DNA from: Macrostomum lignano
Taxonomy: Eukaryota
DNA length: 64,000 nt
Assembly (NCBI GenBank): GCA_002269645.1
Contig: NIVC01000089.1
Location: 496,001-560,000, forward strand
Direction of reading: 5' to 3'
In this document: positions 23,420-35,413 of the stretch, one piece after another
How the letters are laid out: each line of letters opens with the position of its first letter
Numbering within the stretch: position 1 is the stretch's first letter
Notes under the pieces: model-generated
Database searches by the model: none
Seen by the model: only the letters and a program-made list of their open reading frames with translations
Told to the model about the DNA's origin: nothing
Program-made: the position numbers and the translations under genes

Positions 23420-24765
23420 AAAGGGGGCAATTGCGGTATCGCAAACGAACACAGACGTCGGCTGTACTCCCAAGAAGAGTTCTCTTTTCCTGCTTGTGTG
23501 GAGATATACCCTGGTCGATAGGTGGGATAAGCTGCTTGAAATCGAGATAACAGTATAAATATATAATATGGTTACGTAAAGTTTGCTCTTCATGGCCAGA
23601 TTAATCAAGATTTTGTGCCCCTTGCGTCGCCAATATTTTGAGCGTGCAGTGTGCTTAGCCACGCAGAATTACCGATCGCAGCATCTGCTGCTAGCAGCTC
23701 GATATCTTTGGCCAGCAGCTGCCCCAGTGCGTAGCCTAAGTCTATTAGCGTCGCATATTAAATGAAGTTACACGCGGACGTCTGCGAGAACTCCAGGCGA
23801 TATCTGGACTCACTGAACAGTGGGGCACTTGTAAAAGTATATTAGAGCTTTCATGTGGAGTGGGACTCTTACAGTATCCTGTCAAGTCGCTCTTATTGCC
23901 ATTTTTGCTGCTTTCAGTACTCCATCTTTTCTTCTTTTAGACGGTCCCTCTCGCCTGCAGTCTCAATATCTCGCAAGTTGGAGAAGCCATCGATCAGCCT
24001 TGCCCAGAATTTAGATGTGGCCCAGCAAGCTGAATGGTTGGTAGCGGATAAGCGAAGTCAACTAAAGCAGCAATTCTGTATTGGCAATTTCAGCCTGTAA
24101 GAGAAAACAGCTTCGAAACGTCGGATACACTCTGTCCGTTGCGAGCAAAGGCAACCTGTAGTAAAAATGCTAATGCTCCCTCTAACTGATTATTTATTGC
24201 CTCCCAGTCAGGACGCAACAATCTTGCGAATCGAGCATTTAAATTTGCATATTTAGAAGATAATCTTCGGAGGCAGCTGGTGGCTCTGCCTATCATTTCC
24301 GTCCTTAATACGAGGGGTGTCCCAAAAATAGTGGGAAAAAATGATCCACAGACTGACTACAAAATCAGAATTTAAGTAGAAGATATTGAAGTTGTATTTA
24401 ACCACTTGAGCTCCGCTTGAAATCCAAAGCACACTGAAAAAACCCACTGGCTGCAGAGCGGCCATAGACAATTCTAACCCCAGATTCACTCACCCCGAGC
24501 CTACCCGATAGAACCATGTAGACAAAGTCGAAGACTGATAAAATCTGTGTTCTTGACTCTTTGGTACCAGTAGCTTCGTTTGTTTGTACCTGTTCTGTTT
24601 TTCTATCTACAGCAAAATAATTGTTTGACATACTTAATACTTGGTATGCAAGAAATTTTTCTTAGGACCCAGTCAAAAATGTTCAGCTTTTCTATTTCAA
24701 CGACTCTGATCGTCCTGAGTCGACGACTCTTTTCCTCCTCTGATGGCTGCTCTGCAGCCATATCG
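23420..24765 (-). pseudogene. Heavily degenerate Crypton-like tyrosine recombinase (also in copies 2 and 3)
   Basis: Frame-broken minus-strand pieces appear in family order: MAAEQPSEEE..; SIKYVKQLF; ILSVF..VYGRSAASGFFQCALD; YNFNI..SDF; DWEAINNQLEGALAFLLQVAFARNGQ; DGFSNLRD..EEKM; LLQVP..SPDIAWSSRR; ILAT/GHK. Matched by eye only. Confidence 0.5.
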
Positions 24766-27700
24766 GGGATTCTCAGGGTGACTTAAAATCGGGCCATAGA
24801 CGGCAGAATTCGAGCAAATGTCAATGGGAATATCGGAGGTTAGAAAATGGCTGCTCTGCAGCCACTGGGTTCGATAGGGTTAAGATCCTGGGGATGCACC
24901 ACAGAGTCGCCGCACTTTTGTGTGCGAGGGGATCCCACACGCGTTATTAAGCATCGCGATTCTAACTGCAATTTGCGTGAAAAATAAACTGTTATGATTT
25001 TGTGCGACTGACGTTTACTATTGATTCAATCAAATTTGCCTTCCTCACGGCGGCTTAGTTGCGTAACTGGAGGGTTGAATTGTGGGTGAGAAGTTGCCGC
25101 AATAAGTGAGAAAATTTTCATAGCCATAGACTAATCATAGCCATAGACTAGCCATAGACTAATGCACGAGCGTATGTCATGTCTCCCTCCAGAAGGAAAG
25201 AGTTTAACTGTCTCCGAACAATGTAAACTTTATGTTAGGAACTCAACAGATTACTTGATAACTATTTCATTTTGGTCACTCGTAATGTGTAGCTAATGCA
25301 TTTGGGCGCAGCGGCCATAGACTAATGCACGAGCGTATGTCATGTCTCCCTCCAGAAGGAAAGAGTTTAACTATGTCTCCGAACAATGTAAACTTTATGT
25401 TAGGAACTCAACAGATTACTTGATAACTATTTCATTTTGGTCACTCGTAATGTGTAGCTAATGCATTTGGGCGCAGCGGCCATAGACTAATGCACGAGCG
25501 TATGTCATGTCTCCCTCCAGAAGGAAAGAGTTTAACTATGTCTCCGAACAATGTAAACTTTATGTTAGGAACTCAACAGATTACTTGATAACTATTTCAT
25601 TTTGGTCACTCGTAATGTGTAGCTAATGCATTTGGGCGCAGCGGCCATAGACTAATGCACGAGCGTATGTCATGTCTCCCTCCAGAAGGAAAGAGTTTAA
25701 CTATGTCTCCGAACAATGTAAACTTTATGTTAGGAACTCAACAGATTACTTGATAACTATTTCATTTTGGTCACTCGTAATGTGTAGCTAATGCATTTGG
25801 GCGCAGCGGCCATAGACTAATGCACGAGCGTATGTCATGTCTCCCTCCAGAAGGAAAGAGTTTAACTATGTCTCCGAACAATGTAAACTTTATGTTAGGA
25901 ACTCAACAGATTACTTGATAACTATTTCATTTTGGTCACTCGTAATGTGTAGCTAATGCATTTGGGCGCAGCGGCCATAGACTAATGCACGAGCGTATGT
26001 CATGTCTCCCTCCAGAAGGAAAGAGTTTAACTATGTCTCCGAAAAATGTAAACTTTATGTTAGGAACTCAACAGATTACTTGATAACTATTTCATTTTGG
26101 TCACTCGTAATGTGTAGCTAATGCATTTGGGCGCAGCGGCCATAGACTAATGCACGAGCGTATGTCACCTTTCAAAGGGGGCAATTGCGGTATCGCAAAC
26201 GAACACAGACGTCGGCTGTACTCCCAAGAAGAGTTCTCTTTTCCTGCTTGTGTGGAGATATACCCTGGTCGATAGGTGGGATAAGCTGCTTGAAATCGAG
26301 ATAACAGTATAAATATATAATATGGTTACGTAAAGTTTGCTCTTCATGGCCAGATTAATCAAGATTTTGTGCCCCTTGCGTCGCCAATATTTTGAGCGTG
26401 CAGTGTGCTTAGCCACGCAGAATTACCGATCGCAGCATCTGCTGCTAGCAGCTCGATATCTTTGGCCAGCAGCTGCCCCAGTGCGTAGCCTAAGTCTATT
26501 AGCGTCGCATATTAAATGAAGTTACACGCGGACGTCTGCGAGAACTCCAGGCGATATCTGGACTCACTGAACAGTGGGGCACTTGTAAAAGTATATTAGA
26601 GCTTTCATGTGGAGTGGGACTCTTACAGTATCCTGTCAAGTCGCTCTTATTGCCATTTTTGCTGCTTTCAGTACTCCATCTTTTCTTCTTTTAGACGGTC
26701 CCTCTCGCCTGCAGTCTCAATATCTCGCAAGTTGGAGAAGCCATCGATCAGCCTTGCCCAGAATTTAGATGTGGCCCAGCAAGCTGAATGGTTGGTAGCG
26801 GATAAGCGAAGTCAACTAAAGCAGCAATTCTGTATTGGCAATTTCAGCCTGTAAGAGAAAACAGCTTCGAAACGTCGGATACACTCTGTCCGTTGCGAGC
26901 AAAGGCAACCTGTAGTAAAAATGCTAATGCTCCCTCTAACTGATTATTTATTGCCTCCCAGTCAGGACGCAACAATCTTGCGAATCGAGCATTTAAATTT
27001 GCATATTTAGAAGATAATCTTCGGAGGCAGCTGGTGGCTCTGCCTATCATTTCCGTCCTTAATACGAGGGGTGTCCCAAAAATAGTGGGAAAAAATGATC
27101 CACAGACTGACTACAAAATCAGAATTTAAGTAGAAGATATTGAAGTTGTATTTAACCACTTGAGCTCCGCTTGAAATCCAAAGCACACTGAAAAAACCCA
27201 CTGGCTGCAGAGCGGCCATAGACAATTCTAACCCCAGATTCACTCACCCGAGCCTACCCGATAGAACCATGTAGACAAAGTCGAAGACTGATAAAATCTG
27301 TGTTCTTGACTCTTTGGTACCAGTAGCTTCGTTTGTTTGTACCTGTTCTGTTTTTCTATCTACAGCAAAATAATTGTTTGACATACTTAATACTTGGTAT
27401 GCAAGAAATTTTTCTTAGGACCCAGTCAAAAATGTTCAGCTTTTCTATTTCAACGACTCTGATCGTCCTGAGTCGACGACTCTTTTCCTCCTCTGATGGC
27501 TGCTCTGCAGCCATATCGGGGATTCTCAGGGTGACTTAAAATCGGGCCATAGACGGCAGAATTCGAGCAAATGTCAATGGGAATATCGGAGGTTAGAAAA
27601 TGGCTGCTCTGCAGCCACTGGGTTCGATAGGGTTAAGATCCTGGGGATGCACCACAGAGTCGCCGCACTTTTGTGTGCGAGGGGATCCCACACGCGTTAT

Positions 27701-30700
27701 TAAGCATCGCGATTCTAACTGCAATTTGCGTGAAAAATAAACTGTTATGATTTTGTGCGACTGACGTTTACTATTGATTCAATCAAATTTGCCTTCCTCA
27801 CGGCGGCTTAGTTGCGTAACTGGAGGGTTGAATTGTGGGTGAGAAGTTGCCGCAATAAGTGAGAAAATTTTCATAGCCATAGACTAATCATAGCCATAGA
27901 CTAGCCATAGACTAATGCACGAGCGTATGTCATGTCTCCCTCCAGAAGGAAAGAGTTTAACTGTCTCCGAACAATGTAAACTTTATGTTAGGAACTCAAC
28001 AGATTACTTGATAACTATTTCATTTTGGTCACTCGTAATGTGTAGCTAATGCATTTGGGCGCAGCGGCCATAGACTAATGCACGAGCGTATGTCATGTCT
28101 CCCTCCAGAAGGAAAGAGTTTAACTATGTCTCCGAACAATGTAAACTTTATGTTAGGAACTCAACAGATTACTTGATAACTATTTCATTTTGGTCACTCG
28201 TAATGTGTAGCTAATGCATTTGGGCGCAGCGGCCATAGACTAATGCACGAGCGTATGTCATGTCTCCCTCCAGAAGGAAAGAGTTTAACTATGTCTCCGA
28301 ACAATGTAAACTTTATGTTAGGAACTCAACAGATTACTTGATAACTATTTCATTTTGGTCACTCGTAATGTGTAGCTAATGCATTTGGGCGCAGCGGCCA
28401 TAGACTAATGCACGAGCGTATGTCATGTCTCCCTCCAGAAGGAAAGAGTTTAACTATGTCTCCGAACAATGTAAACTTTATGTTAGGAACTCAACAGATT
28501 ACTTGATAACTATTTCATTTTGGTCACTCGTAATGTGTAGCTAATGCATTTGGGCGCAGCGGCCATAGACTAATGCACGAGCGTATGTCATGTCTCCCTC
28601 CAGAAGGAAAGAGTTTAACTATGTCTCCGAACAATGTAAACTTTATGTTAGGAACTCAACAGATTACTTGATAACTATTTCATTTTGGTCACTCGTAATG
28701 TGTAGCTAATGCATTTGGGCGCAGCGGCCATAGACTAATGCACGAGCGTATGTCATGTCTCCCTCCAGAAGGAAAGAGTTTAACTATGTCTCCGAAAAAT
28801 GTAAACTTTATGTTAGGAACTCAACAGATTACTTGATAACTATTTCATTTTGGTCACTCGTAATGTGTAGCTAATGCATTTGGGCGCAGCGGCCATAGAC
28901 TAATGCACGAGCGTATGTCACCTTTCAAAGGGGGCAATTGCGGTATCGCAAACGAACACAGACGTCGGCTGTACTCCCAAGAAGAGTTCTCTTTTCCTGC
29001 TTGTGTGGAGATATACCCTGGTCGATAGGTGGGATAAGCTGCTTGAAATCGAGATAACAGTATAAATATATAATATGGTTACGTAAAGTTTGCTCTTCAT
29101 GGCCAGATTAATCAAGATTTTGTGCCCCTTGCGTCGCCAATATTTTGAGCGTGCAGTGTGCTTAGCCACGCAGAATTACCGATCGCAGCATCTGCTGCTA
29201 GCAGCTCGATATCTTTGGCCAGCAGCTGCCCCAGTGCGTAGCCTAAGTCTATTAGCGTCGCATATTAAATGAAGTTACACGCGGACGTCTGCGAGAACTC
29301 CAGGCGATATCTGGACTCACTGAACAGTGGGGCACTTGTAAAAGTATATTAGAGCTTTCATGTGGAGTGGGACTCTTACAGTATCCTGTCAAGTCGCTCT
29401 TATTGCCATTTTTGCTGCTTTCAGTACTCCATCTTTTCTTCTTTTAGACGGTCCCTCTCGCCTGCAGTCTCAATATCTCGCAAGTTGGAGAAGCCATCGA
29501 TCAGCCTTGCCCAGAATTTAGATGTGGCCCAGCAAGCTGAATGGTTGGTAGCGGATAAGCGAAGTCAACTAAAGCAGCAATTCTGTATTGGCAATTTCAG
29601 CCTGTAAGAGAAAACAGCTTCGAAACGTCGGATACACTCTGTCCGTTGCGAGCAAAGGCAACCTGTAGTAAAAATGCTAATGCTCCCTCTAACTGATTAT
29701 TTATTGCCTCCCAGTCAGGACGCAACAATCTTGCGAATCGAGCATTTAAATTTGCATATTTAGAAGATAATCTTCGGAGGCAGCTGGTGGCTCTGCCTAT
29801 CATTTCCGTCCTTAATACGAGGGGTGTCCCAAAAATAGTGGGAAAAAATGATCCACAGACTGACTACAAAATCAGAATTTAAGTAGAAGATATTGAAGTT
29901 GTATTTAACCACTTGAGCTCCGCTTGAAATCCAAAGCACACTGAAAAAACCCACTGGCTGCAGAGCGGCCATAGACAATTCTAACCCCAGATTCACTCAC
30001 CCCGAGCCTACCCGATAGAACCATGTAGACAAAGTCGAAGACTGATAAAATCTGTGTTCTTGACTCTTTGGTACCAGTAGCTTCGTTTGTTTGTACCTGT
30101 TCTGTTTTTCTATCTACAGCAAAATAATTGTTTGACATACTTAATACTTGGTATGCAAGAAATTTTTCTTAGGACCCAGTCAAAAATGTTCAGCTTTTCT
30201 ATTTCAACGACTCTGATCGTCCTGAGTCGACGACTCTTTTCCTCCTCTGATGGCTGCTCTGCAGCCATATCGGGGATTCTCAGGGTGACTTAAAATCGGG
30301 CCATAGACGGCAGAATTCGAGCAAATGTCAATGGGAATATCGGAGGTTAGAAAATGGCTGCTCTGCAGCCACTGGGTTCGATAGGGTTAAGATCCTGGGG
30401 ATGCACCACAGAGTCGCCGCACTTTTGTGTGCGAGGGGATCCCACACGCGTTATTAAGCATCGCGATTCTAACTGCAATTTGCGTGAAAAATAAACTGTT
30501 ATGATTTTGTGCGACTGACGTTTACTATTGATTCAATCAAATTTGCCTTCCTCACGGCGGCTTAGTTGCGTAACTGGAGGGTTGAATTGTGGGTGAGAAG
30601 TTGCCGCAATAAGTGAGAAAATTTTCATTTTGCTTGGAGGGTGCGACTTTTGACTGTTGCTGAGTATAGTTGCTTGTAAACAGACTACAGATTCATTATG

Positions 30701-33552
30701 CAAGAAGATCCATGCAGATGTCAATTAAGTTTAGACTTTGATTTCGATACCATCAATTATTTTATGGTTCCCGAATTGAGGACCAACAAATAAATAATGG
30801 TCCTCCGATATATCTAGATAGAACCAGCAAATGTATCAATCAACAATGACAGTAAAAGAATCAATGGCGTAACGAAACAGTTGAGATTAACTGACAACAC
30901 TGTTTCTGGTAGCTCTGTCACTCAGTCCGTCATCTAGCTATAGTGTACAATCGCTTGAACTGGATTTCCCTGTCAACTGTAATAGACTTCAGCGTGTTCC
31001 GAGGCGAGGATTTCTCAGCTGCCGAAGGTCCAGCACAGTCAGGAGTCACCTGATTCTCGCGAGTCTCCCCAGATGTATTCTGCAAGAGCGCCCGATGCCA
31101 TCCCGCATGGTCACCGTCGCAGGTGGGCCTGTGAATCGTAGCATGTGTCCATTCGTTCTCCCGATCAGTCACGGTCCATTGTCAAAACTTCCTAGTCATG
31201 GAAAACTTGAGTAGTAGCATCTGCACAATTACATCCTAAATGTAGTTGTCCGTGATTTGATTGTAATTAATTTTGTTATCTATTAATTTTATACTGGGCG
31301 AACATCAGTGTGCTGGAGAAAAGTCCCAAAGCATTTGCTTTAACCAAGCAAACGCTCAGGACATCCCACTGTACTCCAGCCTCTCGTTAAGCTTTTTTGA
31401 GCAATCATAGTTGTCTGAGCAAGAGAGTAGAGCAATAAATGTCTATATAATCTGGTATTTGCCCGGCTTTAGTTTGTACCCAAAAAGATTTACGCCCCGC
31501 TCTCGCATCGATCAAGTCCGGCCGGAGTGACTGCAATGACGCTCCCGAATCCTGGCCATAAAAACTATTGCGCCGCTAACAAGGTGGCCCGCGGGATAAG
31601 AAAACGACAGTTATGCACGCTCGTAGTTTCTTTAGGTTTAGGGCGATCAAAGCAGATTTATAGTTCAGTAATCTAAGCAAACTCTTCGAGCAAACCTACT
31701 CGCCCCTCCTCATCTGGGCCCGTCTTCTCCGAGCGGAAACCCAAAACCCCTTGCCCTGTGTCCCTGAGCAGAAGACACATGTGTCGGCAGTACGACAGAC
31801 AGCGGCAGTATTTCTCCTGCGCAGATTGCTGGCAGGCGGCAGTGGGGGAGCGAGGAGAGAGAGACAACCCGGGGGTGTTGTTGACATCGGAGGCGAGTCC
31901 CACAACGGCGCGGCTTCCACCAGCTGCAAAACTCTCCGATTACAGCATTAGCAAAATTGCCCATCTCTACTTGGACCTACCAAACCAGGCTACAAAACCA
32001 AATTCAACCAACCTGCCCGAAGCTCAGGGTTTTGAGAATGGAGGCTCCTCAGGAGAGCACGGGGCATCATTCAAGCTGAATGCATGCAATATCGAATATA
32101 TGTAATTCTGCGAATGCTCCATGGGGAATAATGTGAGTTTTAGAGTGGCGAGCCAGAGCTCTTATTGTTGATCTAATCAACCCATCATAAGTATTGGACG
32201 TAACGACATGGACTGTTTTTAATAAGAGGACGCACATTGAGCACTTCGAAACTACTGAAGCATTTAAAGGACCGAATTTCGCTCGCTTCCAAACGCATCA
32301 GTCATATTGGAATTTTGCCGTGCTAATTTTGATTTACCACCTTCAGATGCTGCTGGGCAGGATTGTCTTAGAAGATTTAAAGACTTCAAGATTTTCACAA
32401 GTCTTTGTAGAATGCATCGCATCAAAGAGTGTTTACCGCAGACAGTCTCGGGACAAAAATCCGTTTAAACAAATCACATCGGAGATCAGATCGGACTGGC
32501 TTGTCTGGCAGTCTCCGGTAGTTTCCCTGAGTTTTCCTGAAGAATCTTATTAATTATCTCTAACCAAACATTCCAGTTGCTTTGTACAGGTGAGCTCAAA
32601 GAGCGAGAAAAGTACCAACTAGCTAATGGATATTATCAGCGGTTGCAGCACGTGACAACGATTTGTCTATGGCTCGCGCCTACCGGCGCTCGCCAGAGAA
32701 TTGTCACGCACTGGGACCGCTGATTATTTATCCATTCCGTGCCCGCTAGTTTCGTCTATGCTTAATGCTTAGTGCAGGTGCCCTCGAAATGATGAGACAA
32801 ACAACACAACTCTGCCTATGGATTTGAGCGAAAGTCCATCGACAGAACCATTAATTGCGTCTCTGCGTTAAGATGGCCGTTAGTTGAGCTTGATAGAGTC
32901 AGATAGAGTCAGCGTTAATAGAGTCAGAAACTATTTTGTGACACAGACAAATAAACTAAAGCTGGGGCAACGACTGAGAATCAAAGTGCATTGGGTTCGG
33001 ATCGGTATTCAATATGGTGTTTAAAAACCAAACAGTTCCTATCTCTCGAATTCGCCTTTATAAACCTGATTGCTTAAATTTATATCGATGATCTGACAGT
33101 CTCCGTACAGGATTAAGAGAATAAGTCTCAGCTAGTTCAACACTGAGCTATCAGATATTTTTGCCTAAACTGATAACAGCACAGAATTTCTAGCGCTTTA
33201 GCAAGCATTCATGAAAAATTGTAATAGTAAGTTTTTTAGCTGACAAAAGTAGCAATAGGATTTGACATTTCACTCTAGTAAATATTTATTTTAACCCACG
33301 GGTCCACGAGTAAAAAACTGTCAGCGATTACTTCAATCGTTTTTTACTGCAGTGCAATAAGTGTTGAAAAAAATACAAAACTTTAAGTCCAAATCCAGGT
33401 TAGGAAAGGAGTTGCACTTTTGTAAGACGCGGCTATTTTTATGGATTATCCCATATTACTGTACATACACTTACACCCGCACTATAGAAACAATTTTTGG
33501 TCATTATTCCACAGTGGCAAGACGCACGCGAAATCAGCATTCATAACAGTGT

Positions 33553-33872
33553 TGTCTATGGTCAAACTAGGAAACACATCACAGTTGTCTATGGTCAAAC
33601 TATAGGACACACATCTAAGTTGTCTATGGTCAAACTATAGGACACACATCACAGTTGTCTATGGTCAAACTAGGAAACACATCACAGTTGTCTATGGTCA
33701 AACTATAGGACACACATCACAGTTGTCTATGGTCAAACTATAGGACACACATCACAGTCGTCTATGGTCAAACTAGGACACACATCACAGTTGTCTATGG
33801 TCAAACTATAGGACACATCACAGTTGTCTATGATCAAACTATGGGATACACATCACAACTTTGTCTATGGAA
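33553..33872. repeat. 33-35-bp minisatellite, ~10 units, each with one GTCTATGG (one unit GTCTATGA)
   Basis: Unit GTTGTCTATGGTCAAACTATAGGACACACATCACA. Confidence 0.95.
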
Positions 33873-33914
33873 TACTAACTCTCAAAACAGCCAATCTAAA
33901 GCTTGACTGCGGGC

Positions 33915-34200
33915 CAGGGAGAGAAGAGGGAATCGAGGGAATAGAAGAGAAATAGGTAGGAAGAGGGGATAAGAGGGGATAAAAGGGGAGAAGAGGGGAG
34001 AAGAGAGAAGAGAGAGGAGAGAAGGGAGATAAGAGATAAGAGGGGAAAGATGGGAGAGAGGAAAGAGAAATCGAGAGGAGGGAGGAGGGGAGAGGAGAGA
34101 TGGAAAGGGAGAGGGGAGAGGGGAAATGAGATAGAAAGAGGTGAGAGGAGACAGGAGAGAGTAGAGGAGATAAGAGTGAGAGAGAGCTGAGAAGAGACAC
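33915..34200. repeat. GA-rich polypurine low-complexity tract
   Basis: Almost exclusively A/G on the + strand. Confidence 0.9.
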
Positions 34201-35413
34201 AAGCATTGAGCAGGTCAAAGTGCCATTGTGAAGTCTCAAAGGACCCGAGGGCCGGATAGAGAGGCTTCGCGGGCCGCACGTGGATAACATCACGACCCCT
34301 GCTTTAGGGTCTCCGGGGTTTCCAGTCTCCCCCACCCCCTGAGACTTGAAGAGCTTTACCATCTCTGGGGGAGACCCCATAGCTGCAATGCGTTCTTGTG
34401 CTCGTTATTCGGCCAATATTCGCTAACTCAGTTACATACTCTAGGTAATCTACCATTGTAACACGTTTTAAATACATTAAACGTACTTAGCGGCTCGTGA
34501 GCTCGTTCTTTTTGTCGTTTTTCTTGTCTACCACAGCGCGCAATCCGACACTCAAGCAAGTACTCAAAACCAACGATTGAACACCTTTATTAAACTTGTT
34601 CAAGCAATGCAACGATAGAGTGTTTTTTAATCAACTTTATACGAGCGTATTAATAAAGTTATTTGCTATAGTTTCAATTGTCATCAAAGCTGGCGTATCT
34701 CGCCTTTAAATAAATTCACAACTAATTATGTTATTATACTCATTAAAACTCGAAGCGTATTATGATTTCTACAGCGGGCATAAATATATAACCAGTAGCA
34801 AACATGCCGTTTCTAAGCACAAAAATATGTTGTCTGACTTGTATGATTGCATGTATGGCAATATCGAAACTGCATCAAACAGTTTAAAAATTGCTGCAAC
34901 ATGATGGGCAAGAGGTGGGACAATGTATTAAAATCTCACAATTCTCACAGTAGCAAGCAAAGGCAACTTGATTATTCTTTTGATGCTAAAATTCTTTGTT
35001 TATAGTATGCTGCTTCAATGTTGAAGTTTTGTATCTGACTACAAAGCGATAAAGCAAAATCCAAACTGGTTCTGTGCCGAGAATTGAAGTTTTTGCATTT
35101 TGACATTCATTGATTTTATTCTATTTTTTGCTAACATAAGAATAAATTTCATGAAAACCAACTGGCTATCGTTATAAAGTGAAAGTAGTTTTTATAAATT
35201 TTGTAGCTCAATGATATTGTTTTCACCTTTCTAAATTCGATATTCACCAAGATGACCATACTCTTGTTGTGAGATGTAGATAAGCCTATCAAAATATTAT
35301 GTTTAAAACAAATGAGACAACCTTAGGTTGAGTTTGATCCAACAATTTTAGCACCAAAAGTTCACCTACTGCGCAGCATAAATTGATGCAGTTCGCTGAC
35401 TTTTAAGCAAGCC

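Larger units (their letters stand above)
22399..30628. repeat. Three near-identical tandem copies of a ~2754-bp unit (6 x 165-bp array plus ~1.74-kb unique part)
   Basis: Identical ORF sets start at 23411, 26165 and 28918 (periods 2754 and 2753). The third copy ends at GAGAAAATTTTCAT. Confidence 0.97.

Noticed and set aside
33865-34380. Leu/Ser/Pro-rich ORFs
   Set aside because: Antisense reading of a GA-rich tract
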